From NCBI GenBank assembly GCA_031286165.1, contig JAITUU010000055.1, positions 404 through 64,403 on the forward strand: a DNA stretch of 64,000 nt, read 5' to 3'. Made by a program: the position numbers and the translations under genes. The notes below the pieces were generated by a model that worked only from the letters and a program-made list of their open reading frames with translations, searched no databases and was not told where the DNA came from. Positions 26,521-35,781 of this stretch are shown in pieces. Source of the DNA: Bacteroidales bacterium (GTDB lineage: Bacteria > Bacteroidota > Bacteroidia > Bacteroidales > UBA1715). Positions within the stretch are counted from its first letter, which is position 1. Every line of letters starts with the position of its first letter.

Positions 26521-26583
26521 TTTGAACCGGGATTTTCAGGATTAAAGGATTTTCAAGATTGTAATTTTCAACTTTCAACTAAT

Positions 26584-27615
26584 ATGAACAAAATACATGA
26601 AATAAAACTCTACGGCATTATAGCCGAAAACGAATACAACTGTGCCGAGCGTGTAGTGAGAGAAATAGAATACTACAAAGCCGAAGGGTACGACATAGTA
26701 CTGAGTGTGCACAGTAAAGGCGGCGATGTAATAGAAGGCAACATGATAGCCGCCGCCGTTGCCCGCGCCGGAGCGGTGATACGTATTGACGGATTGGCGG
26801 CGAGTATGGCGGCTTTCATGCTACCCTATGCTTCGCAAGTGCACATGGTGGACAATGGGTTTATTATGCTCCACGCACCGCGTTTCAATGCAGGCGGTAC
26901 CGCCGAAGAATTGGAAAAAGCCGTAAAACAGGTGCGCAGTATAGAAAACGATTTTGTGAGCAAACTTATGACCAAAACCGGCAAAGACGAAGATACTGTG
27001 CGCGGGTGGCTTGTGGGCGAAAATTGGTTTACCGCCGCCCAAGCACTCGAAATGGGTTTGGTGGACACAATCATTCCTGCCATAGCACCGGTAGAACCCG
27101 AAGAAGAAGAACCCGATTACGAACGAATTTTTGCCCGATTTGCGGCACATTTAATAACTAAACACACACACGAAATGGACAAACAACAACTCATTGCCCA
27201 CTACGGGCTAAGCGGCGTAACCGCCGAAAGCAGCGATGCCGAAGTGCTCGAAGCCATTGATGCGCAACTCCAAAGCGAGCGCACAGCACGCGAGGAAGCA
27301 CAAACTGCACTCGCCGAAGAACAAACGGCTCGCCAAGCAGCCGAAACTGCTATTGCCACCGAACGCGAACAGGCAATAAGCGCCGAAGTAGAGGCGGCTA
27401 TTACCGCCAAAAAAATTACCGCCGACAAAAAGGACACCTTCCTTAGCATCGGTAAAAGTGCCGGTATTGAGGCTCTCAAAACCGCTATCGGAGCCATTCA
27501 CACCGTAACGCCAAACCGCTTTTCGGCTATGATAGGCAAAGAACATGGCACAGAACCCGGCAGCGCGTGGGAAAAACGCATGGCGGAAATCAATACCAAG
27601 AACAATAGCAAGTAG
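26584..27615 (+). CDS. ClpP/S49-type head maturation protease fused to a scaffold-like coiled coil
   Basis: SVHSKGGDVIEGNMIAAAV...GLAASMAAFML...MLHAPR matches a ClpP-like serine protease. The C-terminus is an Ala/Glu/Gln-rich coiled coil. Confidence 0.75.
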   Translation: MNKIHEIKLYGIIAENEYNCAERVVREIEYYKAEGYDIVLSVHSKGGDVIEGNMIAAAVARAGAVIRIDGLAASMAAFMLPYASQVHMVDNGFIMLHAPRFNAGGTAEELEKAVKQVRSIENDFVSKLMTKTGKDEDTVRGWLVGENWFTAAQALEMGLVDTIIPAIAPVEPEEEEPDYERIFARFAAHLITKHTHEMDKQQLIAHYGLSGVTAESSDAEVLEAIDAQLQSERTAREEAQTALAEEQTARQAAETAIATEREQAISAEVEAAITAKKITADKKDTFLSIGKSAGIEALKTAIGAIHTVTPNRFSAMIGKEHGTEPGSAWEKRMAEINTKNNSK

Positions 27616-27658
27616 TCAGTATTGAGTACAGAGTATTAACAATTAATAACTATCCATT

Positions 27659-27829
27659 ATGGCAGAAAAAACCGAAAAAACCGAAGCAACAATCATAGCG
27701 ATTGACCCGGAAGTAAAACAACTTTTAATAGAAATTCGCGATGCGCTCAAAGCACAACAAGAAGTACCGGCAGCACCCAAAGCCGCACCACTCAAAGTGT
27801 ATGCACCGAAACCGAAAAAGAAACAGTAA
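27659..27829 (+). CDS. Small head-module protein (56 aa)
   Basis: Manually translated as MAEKTEKTEATIIAIDPEVKQLLIEIRDALKAQQEVPAAPKAAPLKVYAPKPKKKQ. Lies between the protease and capsid genes and falls below the ORF-track length cut-off. Confidence 0.4.
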   Translation: MAEKTEKTEATIIAIDPEVKQLLIEIRDALKAQQEVPAAPKAAPLKVYAPKPKKKQ

Positions 27830-27874
27830 GATAGAGTACTAACAACTAACAACTAACAACTAATAACTAAAACA

Positions 27875-28801
27875 ATGAGTGTACAAATAACCACTGCCTA
27901 CGATGGCGAAGTATTAGAGCAACTGCTCGTAAGAGCCACTACCAACAATGAGTTTGTAGCAGGCGGACACATTCGCATAGAGCCGAATGTGAATAAAAAA
28001 TTCTCAATTCCACGTTTGCGTGCCGGAAAAATGCTGCAAAAACGTAAGGAAATGCCCACGAGTGAAAACAGTAAAGGCGATTTTAGCATAAACGAAGTGT
28101 ATTTGGAGCCAAAAGATGTAATGGTATATACCGAGTTCAACCCGCGCTCTTTTGAGAAATTTTGGCGAAAATACCAGCCCACCGGCAATTTGGTATTTAC
28201 CGAACTGCCCGCCGAAGTGCAAAATGCCATGCTTGCAGAAATGGCAAAAATGGTAGACTTTGAAATGGGGGTAGAGTTTCTTACCGGCACCTACGGCACC
28301 ACCGAAGGCAATTATTTCGATGGTATTCTTACTCGCATTTGCGCCTCGCCCGATGTGGTATCGCTCGCCAATGCCGAAGAAATTACCGCCGACAATGTAT
28401 TTGCAGTACTTCATTCGGTAAAATCGCAAATCCCAAATACGCTGCGCGGCAATCCGAACCTCAAAATTTTCATGAGCCGCACCGATGCCGACATTTACGA
28501 TGAAGCCCTCACCGCTCGTGAGTTCAAAGGGGCAAACTACACCGAAAGCAACCCCGAACGCTACAAAGGTATTCAAATAGTGCCGCTCGCTGCCATGCCT
28601 AAAAACGTGGTGGTGGCAGCCGTGGCAAGTACCGATTTAGGCAGCAACTTCTGGGCTGGCGTGAGTTTTGAAGACGATGCCGAAACAATCAAAATAGACC
28701 GCGTGAGCAATGCCGGAGAAAAATACTTCTTCAAAATGCTCATGAAAGCCGACACCAACATTGTGTGGGGCGAGGACATTGTTCTCTATGACGGTAGATA
28801 A
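27875..28801 (+). CDS. Major capsid protein (HK97-fold, Mu gpT-like by size and position)
   Basis: 308 aa, directly after the protease/scaffold and followed by a structured intergenic region. Confidence 0.7.
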   Translation: MSVQITTAYDGEVLEQLLVRATTNNEFVAGGHIRIEPNVNKKFSIPRLRAGKMLQKRKEMPTSENSKGDFSINEVYLEPKDVMVYTEFNPRSFEKFWRKYQPTGNLVFTELPAEVQNAMLAEMAKMVDFEMGVEFLTGTYGTTEGNYFDGILTRICASPDVVSLANAEEITADNVFAVLHSVKSQIPNTLRGNPNLKIFMSRTDADIYDEALTAREFKGANYTESNPERYKGIQIVPLAAMPKNVVVAAVASTDLGSNFWAGVSFEDDAETIKIDRVSNAGEKYFFKMLMKADTNIVWGEDIVLYDGR

Positions 28802-28808
28802 ATTAAAC

Positions 28809-28947
28809 ATGGAGAATTGAAAATACAATTCCAAAATCTAAGAATAAGAGGCGATTTGACACCACAAACAAGAGGTTTAAACCCCTTGTTTAACCAACGC
28901 TTAAAAACCATATAAACCGGAATTAAACACAATTTTCAATTCTCCAT
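28809..28947. repeat. 139-bp element bounded by 16-bp perfect inverted repeats, between the capsid and sheath genes
   Basis: ATGGAGAATTGAAAAT (28809-28824) is the reverse complement of ATTTTCAATTCTCCAT (28932-28947). Both are preceded by AATTAAACA. An internal hairpin ACAAGAGG-TTTAAA-CCCCTTGT is present. Confidence 0.6.
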
Positions 28948-28983
28948 TTTCCATTTTAAATTTTAAACTTTAAACTTTTAATT

Positions 28984-30204
28984 ATGCTAAACGATATACT
29001 TTTTGAAAAACAAAACGGCGGAATGGGGCGCACAGCCCCCAATGCCGACCCGGTGAGCGGACTACTCATGGCTCTCGGCACCGGTATTGCAGCCACGCTT
29101 GCGCAATTTGAGCGCATAGGCGAAGGCGGCGCACAGGTGGCAGTAATCAAACTCAAATACTTTGAGCAATTGGCAAATCAATTCGGCATAGCCGAAAGCC
29201 TGCCCAAAGACCTGCCCGAAGGCGCAGAACTGAGCGAAGTGCAAAAACAGCACAACGCCATAGTGCAGCACGTGCGCGAGTTCTTCCGCATGTCGCCCGC
29301 AGGCACGCTCTACCTTGCAATCAAAGCAGGCGGCGAAATTTCGGGCGAACACATCAAAGCCCTGCAATATTTCGCCGGTGGCGAAATCCGTCAAGTGGGC
29401 GTGTTCTCGGCTGCCATAGCCGTAGCCGACTACCAAAGTGCTGCCGATGAACTCTCCGGCGAACACCAAGCACTGAGCGTAATAGCCACACCTGCCAAAG
29501 GCGCAAGCACCCTTGCCGACTACTACGATGAAGATTTGAGCCAAGTGGCAAAAAACCGCGCCAATGTGAGTATTCTCATTAGCCGCGACCTCGACCCCGC
29601 GCTCGACGAAAAACTCGGCGCATGGGCGCAATATGGCTGCATAGGCACCGTGCTTGGAGCCGTAAGTGCAGCCGCCGTGCACGAAAGCATTGCATGGGTG
29701 GCAAAATTTCCGCTCTCGCTCAAAATACCCGGATTCATTACCGGCGAAGCGGTGAAAACCGTAAGCACCGCCACGCTCAATTTGATTAACGACCTGCGTT
29801 ACCTCTTTGTGCGCACCCACACCGGCGATGCAGGCAATTACCTGAACGACAGCCACACGTTGGACGAAGCAACTTCCGATTATGCCTTCATAGAAAACAC
29901 GCGCACTATGGATAAAGCAATTCGTGGTATTCGTAGTAATCTTTTGCCCTACCTGAATGCACCACTCTATGTGAACCCTGAAAGCGGAAAACTCAGTTTC
30001 GGCACGGTGGCGAATTTGGAACTCATAGCAAGTAAAGCACTCGAAGACATGGAAAAAGCAGGCGAACTAAGCGGCTACCGTGCCGTAATAGACCCCGAAC
30101 AAAACGTGCTTGCCACAAGCGAAGTAGAGGTGCAAATTAAAAACGTGCCGGTGGGTGTCATGCGCACTGTGCGGGTGAAAATTGGATACACCACGAAAGT
30201 ATAA
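28984..30204 (+). CDS. Putative tail sheath protein
   Basis: 406 aa, followed by a 142-aa tube-sized gene, a frameshifting chaperone and a tape measure gene. Called from order and size only. Confidence 0.45.
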   Translation: MLNDILFEKQNGGMGRTAPNADPVSGLLMALGTGIAATLAQFERIGEGGAQVAVIKLKYFEQLANQFGIAESLPKDLPEGAELSEVQKQHNAIVQHVREFFRMSPAGTLYLAIKAGGEISGEHIKALQYFAGGEIRQVGVFSAAIAVADYQSAADELSGEHQALSVIATPAKGASTLADYYDEDLSQVAKNRANVSILISRDLDPALDEKLGAWAQYGCIGTVLGAVSAAAVHESIAWVAKFPLSLKIPGFITGEAVKTVSTATLNLINDLRYLFVRTHTGDAGNYLNDSHTLDEATSDYAFIENTRTMDKAIRGIRSNLLPYLNAPLYVNPESGKLSFGTVANLELIASKALEDMEKAGELSGYRAVIDPEQNVLATSEVEVQIKNVPVGVMRTVRVKIGYTTKV

Positions 30205-30243
30205 GCCTAACAACTAATAACTAACAACTAATACCTAATTAAC

Positions 30244-30672
30244 ATGAACGGAATACCATTAATTAACGGATTTGCCTACGATTGGGGCGAAATAGCATTT
30301 ACCCTTGCCGGTATGCCTATTACAGGAATTATCGCAATAGATTACGCCGACAAACAAGAGGTAACCAACAACTACGGAGCCGGTCGCTACCCCATAAGCC
30401 GGAGTAAAGGGCGCATAACCTGCACCGCAAAAGTTACGCTCGACATGGAAGAAGTGCGGGCAATTACACGCAAATTGCCAAACGGACGATTGCAAGACTG
30501 CCTGCCCTTCAATGTTTTGGTGGCGTATATCAAAGAGGACGACCCTACCAAAGTACACTGCGATGTGATTCACAACTGCTCGTTTACACAAAATTCTCGC
30601 GCTTGGAAAGAGGGCGACACGCGCAAAACGGTAGATTTAGACCTCGTGCCAAGCCATATTACATGGGGGTAA
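30244..30672 (+). CDS. Putative tail tube protein
   Basis: 142 aa, located between the sheath-sized gene and the chaperone. Confidence 0.45.
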   Translation: MNGIPLINGFAYDWGEIAFTLAGMPITGIIAIDYADKQEVTNNYGAGRYPISRSKGRITCTAKVTLDMEEVRAITRKLPNGRLQDCLPFNVLVAYIKEDDPTKVHCDVIHNCSFTQNSRAWKEGDTRKTVDLDLVPSHITWG

Positions 30673-30714
30673 ATTCAAGTAACAAATAATAATTACACAT
30701 TAATAATTACGAAT

Positions 30715-31017
30715 ATGAGTAAAATAGATAGTGAAAAATTGGCGGAATTGCGCAAGGCGCACCGCGTAGTAACGGCAATAGAAGTAGAAGATAACGGCGA
30801 AACACTGTGTTGCTACCTCAAACGCCCAAGCGTAGAAACACAAACGATTGTGAATAAATTGGCAAAAACGGACGATATGAAAGCACTTTCGGTTATGATT
30901 AGTAACTGCTGGCTCGAAGGCGATAGTGTGATTAAGGACGACCCTATACTGCTCGCTGCCGTTGGCAACCAATTTGGGCAAGCAAACCAACCTGCCGCGA
31001 AAGTAATAAAAAACTAA
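30715..31017 (+). CDS. Tail assembly chaperone (G-like, short form)
   Basis: 100 aa, immediately upstream of the tape measure region. Ends 1 nt after the slippery heptamer A AAA AAC. Confidence 0.55.
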   Translation: MSKIDSEKLAELRKAHRVVTAIEVEDNGETLCCYLKRPSVETQTIVNKLAKTDDMKALSVMISNCWLEGDSVIKDDPILLAAVGNQFGQANQPAAKVIKN

Positions 31018-31232
31018 TTGGGGCATTTCTGATTGACAGCGAAGACGAAAACGAGGCGGACGAACTGTTGAAAGGCGATGCCCTCATTAGGGCAAACTTT
31101 GGCGTGAACCCTGCCGAACTCGAATATGAGCAATGGGCAAAACTATTTGCAGAGGCAGTGTGGATTGAAGGGTGGCGGCTCAAAAACCAAGCGGAAATGC
31201 TCAGTATGTTGTTCGGTGGAAGAAAAGGTTAA
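30715..31232 (+). CDS. Tail assembly chaperone, -1 frameshift-extended form (GT-like)
   Basis: The -1 frame after AAAAAAC (31008-31014) stays open for 72 more codons (KKLIGAFLIDSEDENEADELLKGD...MLFGGRKG*) up to the TAA at 31230-31232. Confidence 0.5.
31008..31014 (+). promoter_or_regulatory. -1 programmed ribosomal frameshift slippery site A AAA AAC
   Basis: Canonical X XXY YYZ heptamer in the zero frame (ATA AAA AAC TAA), located where long-tailed phages place their G/GT frameshift. Confidence 0.55.
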
Positions 31233-31402
31233 TTAAGGTATTTATTGAGCGGATAAGGGTAATTTCCATTTCCTTTTTTTCCTCTGAGCGCATTAGCAAT
31301 GGCAGCAACAATCCACCCCAACACAACAAAAGGCGCAACGATTAGTAACACATAACCTATCGCTGTTAATATAGTTCCGAATATGGTAAAAAGCGTTGTC
31401 AT
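31229..31402 (-). CDS. Small hydrophobic protein (57 aa), paralog 1
   Basis: MTTLFTIFGTILTAIGYVLLIVAPFVVLGWIVAAIANALRGKKGNGNYPYP.... Shares MTTLFTIF and 28 nt of DNA with the 31541-31684 gene. Confidence 0.45.
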   Translation of the reverse strand: MTTLFTIFGTILTAIGYVLLIVAPFVVLGWIVAAIANALRGKKGNGNYPYPLNKYLN

Positions 31403-31413
31403 GACGGTTACAA

Positions 31414-31530
31414 TCAAAATGGTTTCTCTCCTTTAATAATAACACGATACCAATACCTACAAGAGGTTATAATAAAGTTTAGTAAACCAAATGCTAATAA
31501 CACTCCTAATATGATAAACACGGTTTTCAT
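31414..31530 (-). CDS. Small hydrophobic protein (38 aa)
   Basis: Manually translated as MKTVFIILGVLLAFGLLNFIITSCRYWYRVIIKGEKPF. Lies between the two paralogs on the same strand. Confidence 0.4.
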   Translation of the reverse strand: MKTVFIILGVLLAFGLLNFIITSCRYWYRVIIKGEKPF

Positions 31531-31540
31531 GACTTAATTT

Positions 31541-31684
31541 CTAAATGTATGGATGTCCGGAAGGTGGATTTTTACCATTAAAAATTCCCCACCAAAACCT
31601 CCATATAGCATACACAAGCCAAAGGCAAAATGCAATAACACAAATGGCAATAAATTTAGCGAATATGGTAAAAAGCGTTGTCAT
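31541..31684 (-). CDS. Small hydrophobic protein (47 aa), paralog 2
   Basis: MTTLFTIFAKFIAICVIAFCLWLVYAIWRFWWGIFNGKNPPSGHPYI. ATG at 31684 is preferred over the tracked TTG. Confidence 0.45.
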   Translation of the reverse strand: MTTLFTIFAKFIAICVIAFCLWLVYAIWRFWWGIFNGKNPPSGHPYI

Positions 31685-31744
31685 GACGGTTAAAATTGTA
31701 ATGCTCTCGCAATATACAACAATTAAACTCAAAAAGCAAATAAA

Positions 31745-33760
31745 ATGGCAGATAATTCAATAAATTTCACGTTTACCATAGGCGGTAATGCCATTCCTGT
31801 TTGTGTGGATTTGGGTAATGCAGTAGAGGTGGTAACTCAAAAGGCTACTGATGCTATGAGTATATTTGATAAAATAGGAAAAAACGCATTTCATTTTACC
31901 GCCGTTACTGATGCTGTTTCTAAATTGAGTACAAGTATTCAATCAGCCATTCAACCCGGCATAAGTTTCGACCACTCGCTGCGTGAACTTTCGGCTATTG
32001 CACAGGTAACAGGTAGCGACCTCGAAGAAATAGGCAACAAAGCCCGCAACCTTGCAAAAACTTTCGGAGGCGATGCCACTGATTATGTAGAATCGTTTAA
32101 AGATGTGATAGGCAGTTTGGGCGACACCTTTTCCGACAGTACTGCGCTTGATATGATGGGCGAGAACATAGCCACACTCAGTAAACTCATGGGCGGCGAT
32201 GCCAAAGCCGCAGCCAATGCCTTAACAACGGCAATGCTGCAATACGGCGTAGATTTGAGCAACCCCATAGCAGCATCGGCAGAGGCAGCACGTATGATGA
32301 ATGTAATGCAAGCCGCCGCCAATGTGGGTGGTTCCGAAGTTGCCGACACCGCAGAGGCTCTGCGTCAATCGGGACTGCTTGCCAAGCAAAGCGGCGTGGG
32401 TTTTGAAGAACTCAACGCCTCGCTCGAAGCCCTCGCAAAGGGTAAAATAGTAGCAGGCGAGGCAGGAACGGCTATGCGTAACATTCTGCTTTCTATGAGT
32501 ACACTCGGCAGTTCTTCAAAAGAAGTAACCGAAGGGCTGAAAAAATACGGAGTGGACGTAGCGTTGGTAGCCGACCCTACGGCAAAATTTACCGACCGCC
32601 TGCGCGAACTGCAAAAAATACAGAATGACCCCGGATTGATGGAGAGCGTGTTTATGAAAGCAAACATTGCCGCCGGACAAACCATACTCAACAACATTGA
32701 TACCATAGACGAATGGACGGTGGCTGTTACCGGCACCAACGCCGCCGTAGAAGGTGCGGCTATTGTAATGGAGAGTTTTCAGGAACGGCAGGAACGCATA
32801 CAGGCGAAATTCAACGATTTGAAAATTTCGTTTTTCGAGGCTACCGGCGATTTGGGATTGTGGGCTTCCACCATTGCACAATCGCTGGTGCCAATGGCGC
32901 AAATGCTGCCGCTCTTTTCAGGCGTAGGCAGCGGACTGTTGCATGTAGCCAAGTATGGCAAAGATGCCTACACTGCGTTGGGAATGTACAACGGCTATTT
33001 GAGTATAGGAAAAGTGGAAAATTTGGGCTTTGGTAAAAACGTGTTACAAGCGGCAACGGCACTTGTACGCTTTGCCACCGTAGGCGTAGTAAACGGATTA
33101 AAAGGTATAGGCGCATGGATTCTTTCGTTAGTAACAGGCGGTGCGGCATCGGTAAAATTTGCAACAATTTCTTCCGGTGCTTTCGGAACCTTTGCCGCCA
33201 CCGCACGCACGGCTTGCACTGCTGTTTCAACGGCAATTTCCTCTATTCCTATTATCGGGTGGATTGCCCTTGCCATAACCGCCATTGGCACGCTCGGCGT
33301 GTATTTATACACCAAATGCGATGGTTTTCGCGCCTTTGTGCAGGGAACATGGGAGGCTATCAAAGCAATATTCAGCAGCGAAAGCATGAGCGATGCCTTT
33401 CAGCGCGGCTACGCTGAAAGTATGAAAAAATCGGCAGAGGCGCGTAAAAAATTGGAGGAAGACGAAAAGGCAAAAGACGGCACTGCCGATATAGATAAAA
33501 TGATTGCCGACCTGCAAACCGAAATGGACGCGGAGAAGAAAAAGCAAGGCGGCGGCGGAACTACGATTAACAATACGCTCGAAAGTACTGCCACTACTGC
33601 CGCAGGCGATAAAAAAATTCGCAATGTGAACATAACCATTCACAAATTGGTGGAGAATTTTACCGTGAGCACTACCACTCTCAATCAAAGTTTAGATAAA
33701 ATAGAGGAAATAATAACCAATACGGTTATCAACGCATTGAACGATGTAAATTTAGAATAA
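31745..33760 (+). CDS. Tail tape measure protein
   Basis: 671 aa, Ala/Gly-rich helical protein with a hydrophobic central region, located after the chaperone genes. Confidence 0.8.
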   Translation: MADNSINFTFTIGGNAIPVCVDLGNAVEVVTQKATDAMSIFDKIGKNAFHFTAVTDAVSKLSTSIQSAIQPGISFDHSLRELSAIAQVTGSDLEEIGNKARNLAKTFGGDATDYVESFKDVIGSLGDTFSDSTALDMMGENIATLSKLMGGDAKAAANALTTAMLQYGVDLSNPIAASAEAARMMNVMQAAANVGGSEVADTAEALRQSGLLAKQSGVGFEELNASLEALAKGKIVAGEAGTAMRNILLSMSTLGSSSKEVTEGLKKYGVDVALVADPTAKFTDRLRELQKIQNDPGLMESVFMKANIAAGQTILNNIDTIDEWTVAVTGTNAAVEGAAIVMESFQERQERIQAKFNDLKISFFEATGDLGLWASTIAQSLVPMAQMLPLFSGVGSGLLHVAKYGKDAYTALGMYNGYLSIGKVENLGFGKNVLQAATALVRFATVGVVNGLKGIGAWILSLVTGGAASVKFATISSGAFGTFAATARTACTAVSTAISSIPIIGWIALAITAIGTLGVYLYTKCDGFRAFVQGTWEAIKAIFSSESMSDAFQRGYAESMKKSAEARKKLEEDEKAKDGTADIDKMIADLQTEMDAEKKKQGGGGTTINNTLESTATTAAGDKKIRNVNITIHKLVENFTVSTTTLNQSLDKIEEIITNTVINALNDVNLE

Positions 33761-33762
33761 GT

Positions 33763-34398
33763 ATGAAGGTAAATTGGCATATAACAACAGCAGGAGCAGA
33801 AAAATTGGTAAAAACCAAACTCTACCGATTAACGCCGGTGGACGTTTCGCACGAGCAGGAACAAGGGCAGGAAGTATGGAATACTATAAAAGTGCCGCTT
33901 GTGGGAAGACTTGCAACGGCTGCCGATTCTCTTTCAGGGAAGAATTTTAAGGACTTTTTCGCTTGCAATGTGATTTGTCCGCTGGTATTGAATGGTGGCG
34001 GAAAAGAAATAACTATTGCAGAGGCAATAGTAACCGTAACGAAGACGAAAACGATAAATACTACGGTAGTAGTAGGCGGTAAAGGTACGGTAAAAGAATT
34101 TATTGCCGACCAAGATATGAAATTAATTATAGCCATTTTCATAACCGCCACCGATGCCGAAGGCAATATCATAGACGAATATCCGGCAGAGGCTATTGCA
34201 GAATTGACTACAATTTTAGATGCCGTAAGTATAGATGCGTGGAGTCCGTTTTTGGAACTATTCGACATTAATGGAGGCAAAATGAAGTTGATTGTGGAGA
34301 ATTACACAATAGCGCAAATGACTGACACCAACCGGCAATCAGTTACCATAAACGCTATAAGTGATTATGATTACGAACTGTATGCAATGGAAGAATAA
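33763..34398 (+). CDS. Tail/baseplate-associated protein (211 aa)
   Basis: Coupled to the tape measure gene. No motif recognised. Confidence 0.35.
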   Translation: MKVNWHITTAGAEKLVKTKLYRLTPVDVSHEQEQGQEVWNTIKVPLVGRLATAADSLSGKNFKDFFACNVICPLVLNGGGKEITIAEAIVTVTKTKTINTTVVVGGKGTVKEFIADQDMKLIIAIFITATDAEGNIIDEYPAEAIAELTTILDAVSIDAWSPFLELFDINGGKMKLIVENYTIAQMTDTNRQSVTINAISDYDYELYAMEE

Positions 34399-34400
34399 TA

Positions 34401-34778
34401 CTATTTTGAATATAATGTAGGAGGTAAACCGGGAAATGAATTATCAAAATAAATGTAAAAATCGGCAGCCGATGCAGGAACAAATTGAATGGTAAAATCG
34501 GGATTGTTATCAACGAACTGCCATTCACCGCAAGAGGTAGGAAATGTAGAAACTTTTTTTACATACAAGTTGGCGGCTGATTTTACAACTTCGCACACTT
34601 TGAAATCGGCAGCAATAGAAACAACTTGAACCCTGCCGTAGAGAGGAATACCTTTGAGGGTGCAATTTTCGCGAATAGGTTCTTTTCCCAAATAAGAATT
34701 ATTGCCCACTGTGTGTTGAGCAAAGGCTCCGGTGGCAAACAACATACAAATAATAGGCAAACAGAATTTAAAACGCAT
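34401..34778 (-). CDS. Secreted protein moron (125 aa) on the opposite strand
   Basis: ATG at 34778. Has a signal peptide MRFKFCLPIICMLFATGAFAQ. It is antisense to the tail operon and its start region overlaps the next tail gene's start. Confidence 0.5.
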   Translation of the reverse strand: MRFKFCLPIICMLFATGAFAQHTVGNNSYLGKEPIRENCTLKGIPLYGRVQVVSIAADFKVCEVVKSAANLYVKKVSTFPTSCGEWQFVDNNPDFTIQFVPASAADFYIYFDNSFPGLPPTLYSK

Positions 34779-34812
34779 AATAGTACGATTTATACATAAA
34801 ACAAAAAGAAAC

Positions 34813-35781
34813 ATGGTACAACTGACAGCAAAGATAACAATAAAATCGCAAAAAACATGGGTAATTCACCGAATTACTTCGTGCGAAATAGTGCGCGATA
34901 TTGAAAACCTTACTGCAAAATGCACAATTACCATGCCAAAAAGGGTAACATGGGCGGGCGAAATCTCCATACCCATAAAACGCGGCGACCGCGTACTCGT
35001 GCAACTTGGCTACGACTACGATTATGAGATGGCATTTACCGGTTATATTTCCAAAATAACGGCAAAAACGCCCATTACCATAGAGTGCGAAGACGAAATG
35101 TGGCGGCTCAAACAAACAACGGCAAAGAAAAAAACCTATACCCATGCCGACCTGAAAAACATACTTGCCGAGCAGTGTCCAAAGGGTATGAATATAGAGG
35201 TATTCGGCAAACAAGTGATAGATAAATATGTGGCAAATTTCGACACCGTAGCCCAACTGCTCGGCGGTTTGCAGGAAAACGGATTTACGTTTTTTTTCAA
35301 ACACGGCACGCTCTACGGCGGTATGATGTTCGATTACAACGAGCCGTTGAGCGGTAAAAAACAGGTATTTCACTGCGGCGAACGCGGCAATATTATTGAC
35401 GATAAAGATTTAGCATGGGCAGAATCGGACAGCATATTGGCACGTATAAAAGCCACCGCCATTAACGGCAAGGGCAAAAAAGACCGAATACAAATAGAAA
35501 TTGGCGATAAAGAGGGCAATTTAGGCAGTTTTACCCGGCTGAATGTAAGCAAAGAACAACTTGAAAAAGAGGCAAAACAACGCTTGGCGGAAATAAAGAA
35601 AACAGGGTTGAGCGGCTCGTTTACCACCTTTGGCGCACGGCTCGTGTGGTTGCTCGACCTTGTAAAAATAAAAACCATAGAACACCCCGAAGGTGCTGTG
35701 TATAAGGTGCGTAAAAACACTATCACCTTTGGCGAAAACGGCTACCGCCAAAATATAACAATAGGAGGAAAAGCAAAATGA
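34813..35781 (+). CDS. Baseplate hub / late-control-D-like protein
   Basis: 322 aa counted from the ATG at 34813. The position after the tape measure and before a spike-like gene matches P2 gpD / Mu gp44. Confidence 0.45.
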   Translation: MVQLTAKITIKSQKTWVIHRITSCEIVRDIENLTAKCTITMPKRVTWAGEISIPIKRGDRVLVQLGYDYDYEMAFTGYISKITAKTPITIECEDEMWRLKQTTAKKKTYTHADLKNILAEQCPKGMNIEVFGKQVIDKYVANFDTVAQLLGGLQENGFTFFFKHGTLYGGMMFDYNEPLSGKKQVFHCGERGNIIDDKDLAWAESDSILARIKATAINGKGKKDRIQIEIGDKEGNLGSFTRLNVSKEQLEKEAKQRLAEIKKTGLSGSFTTFGARLVWLLDLVKIKTIEHPEGAVYKVRKNTITFGENGYRQNITIGGKAK

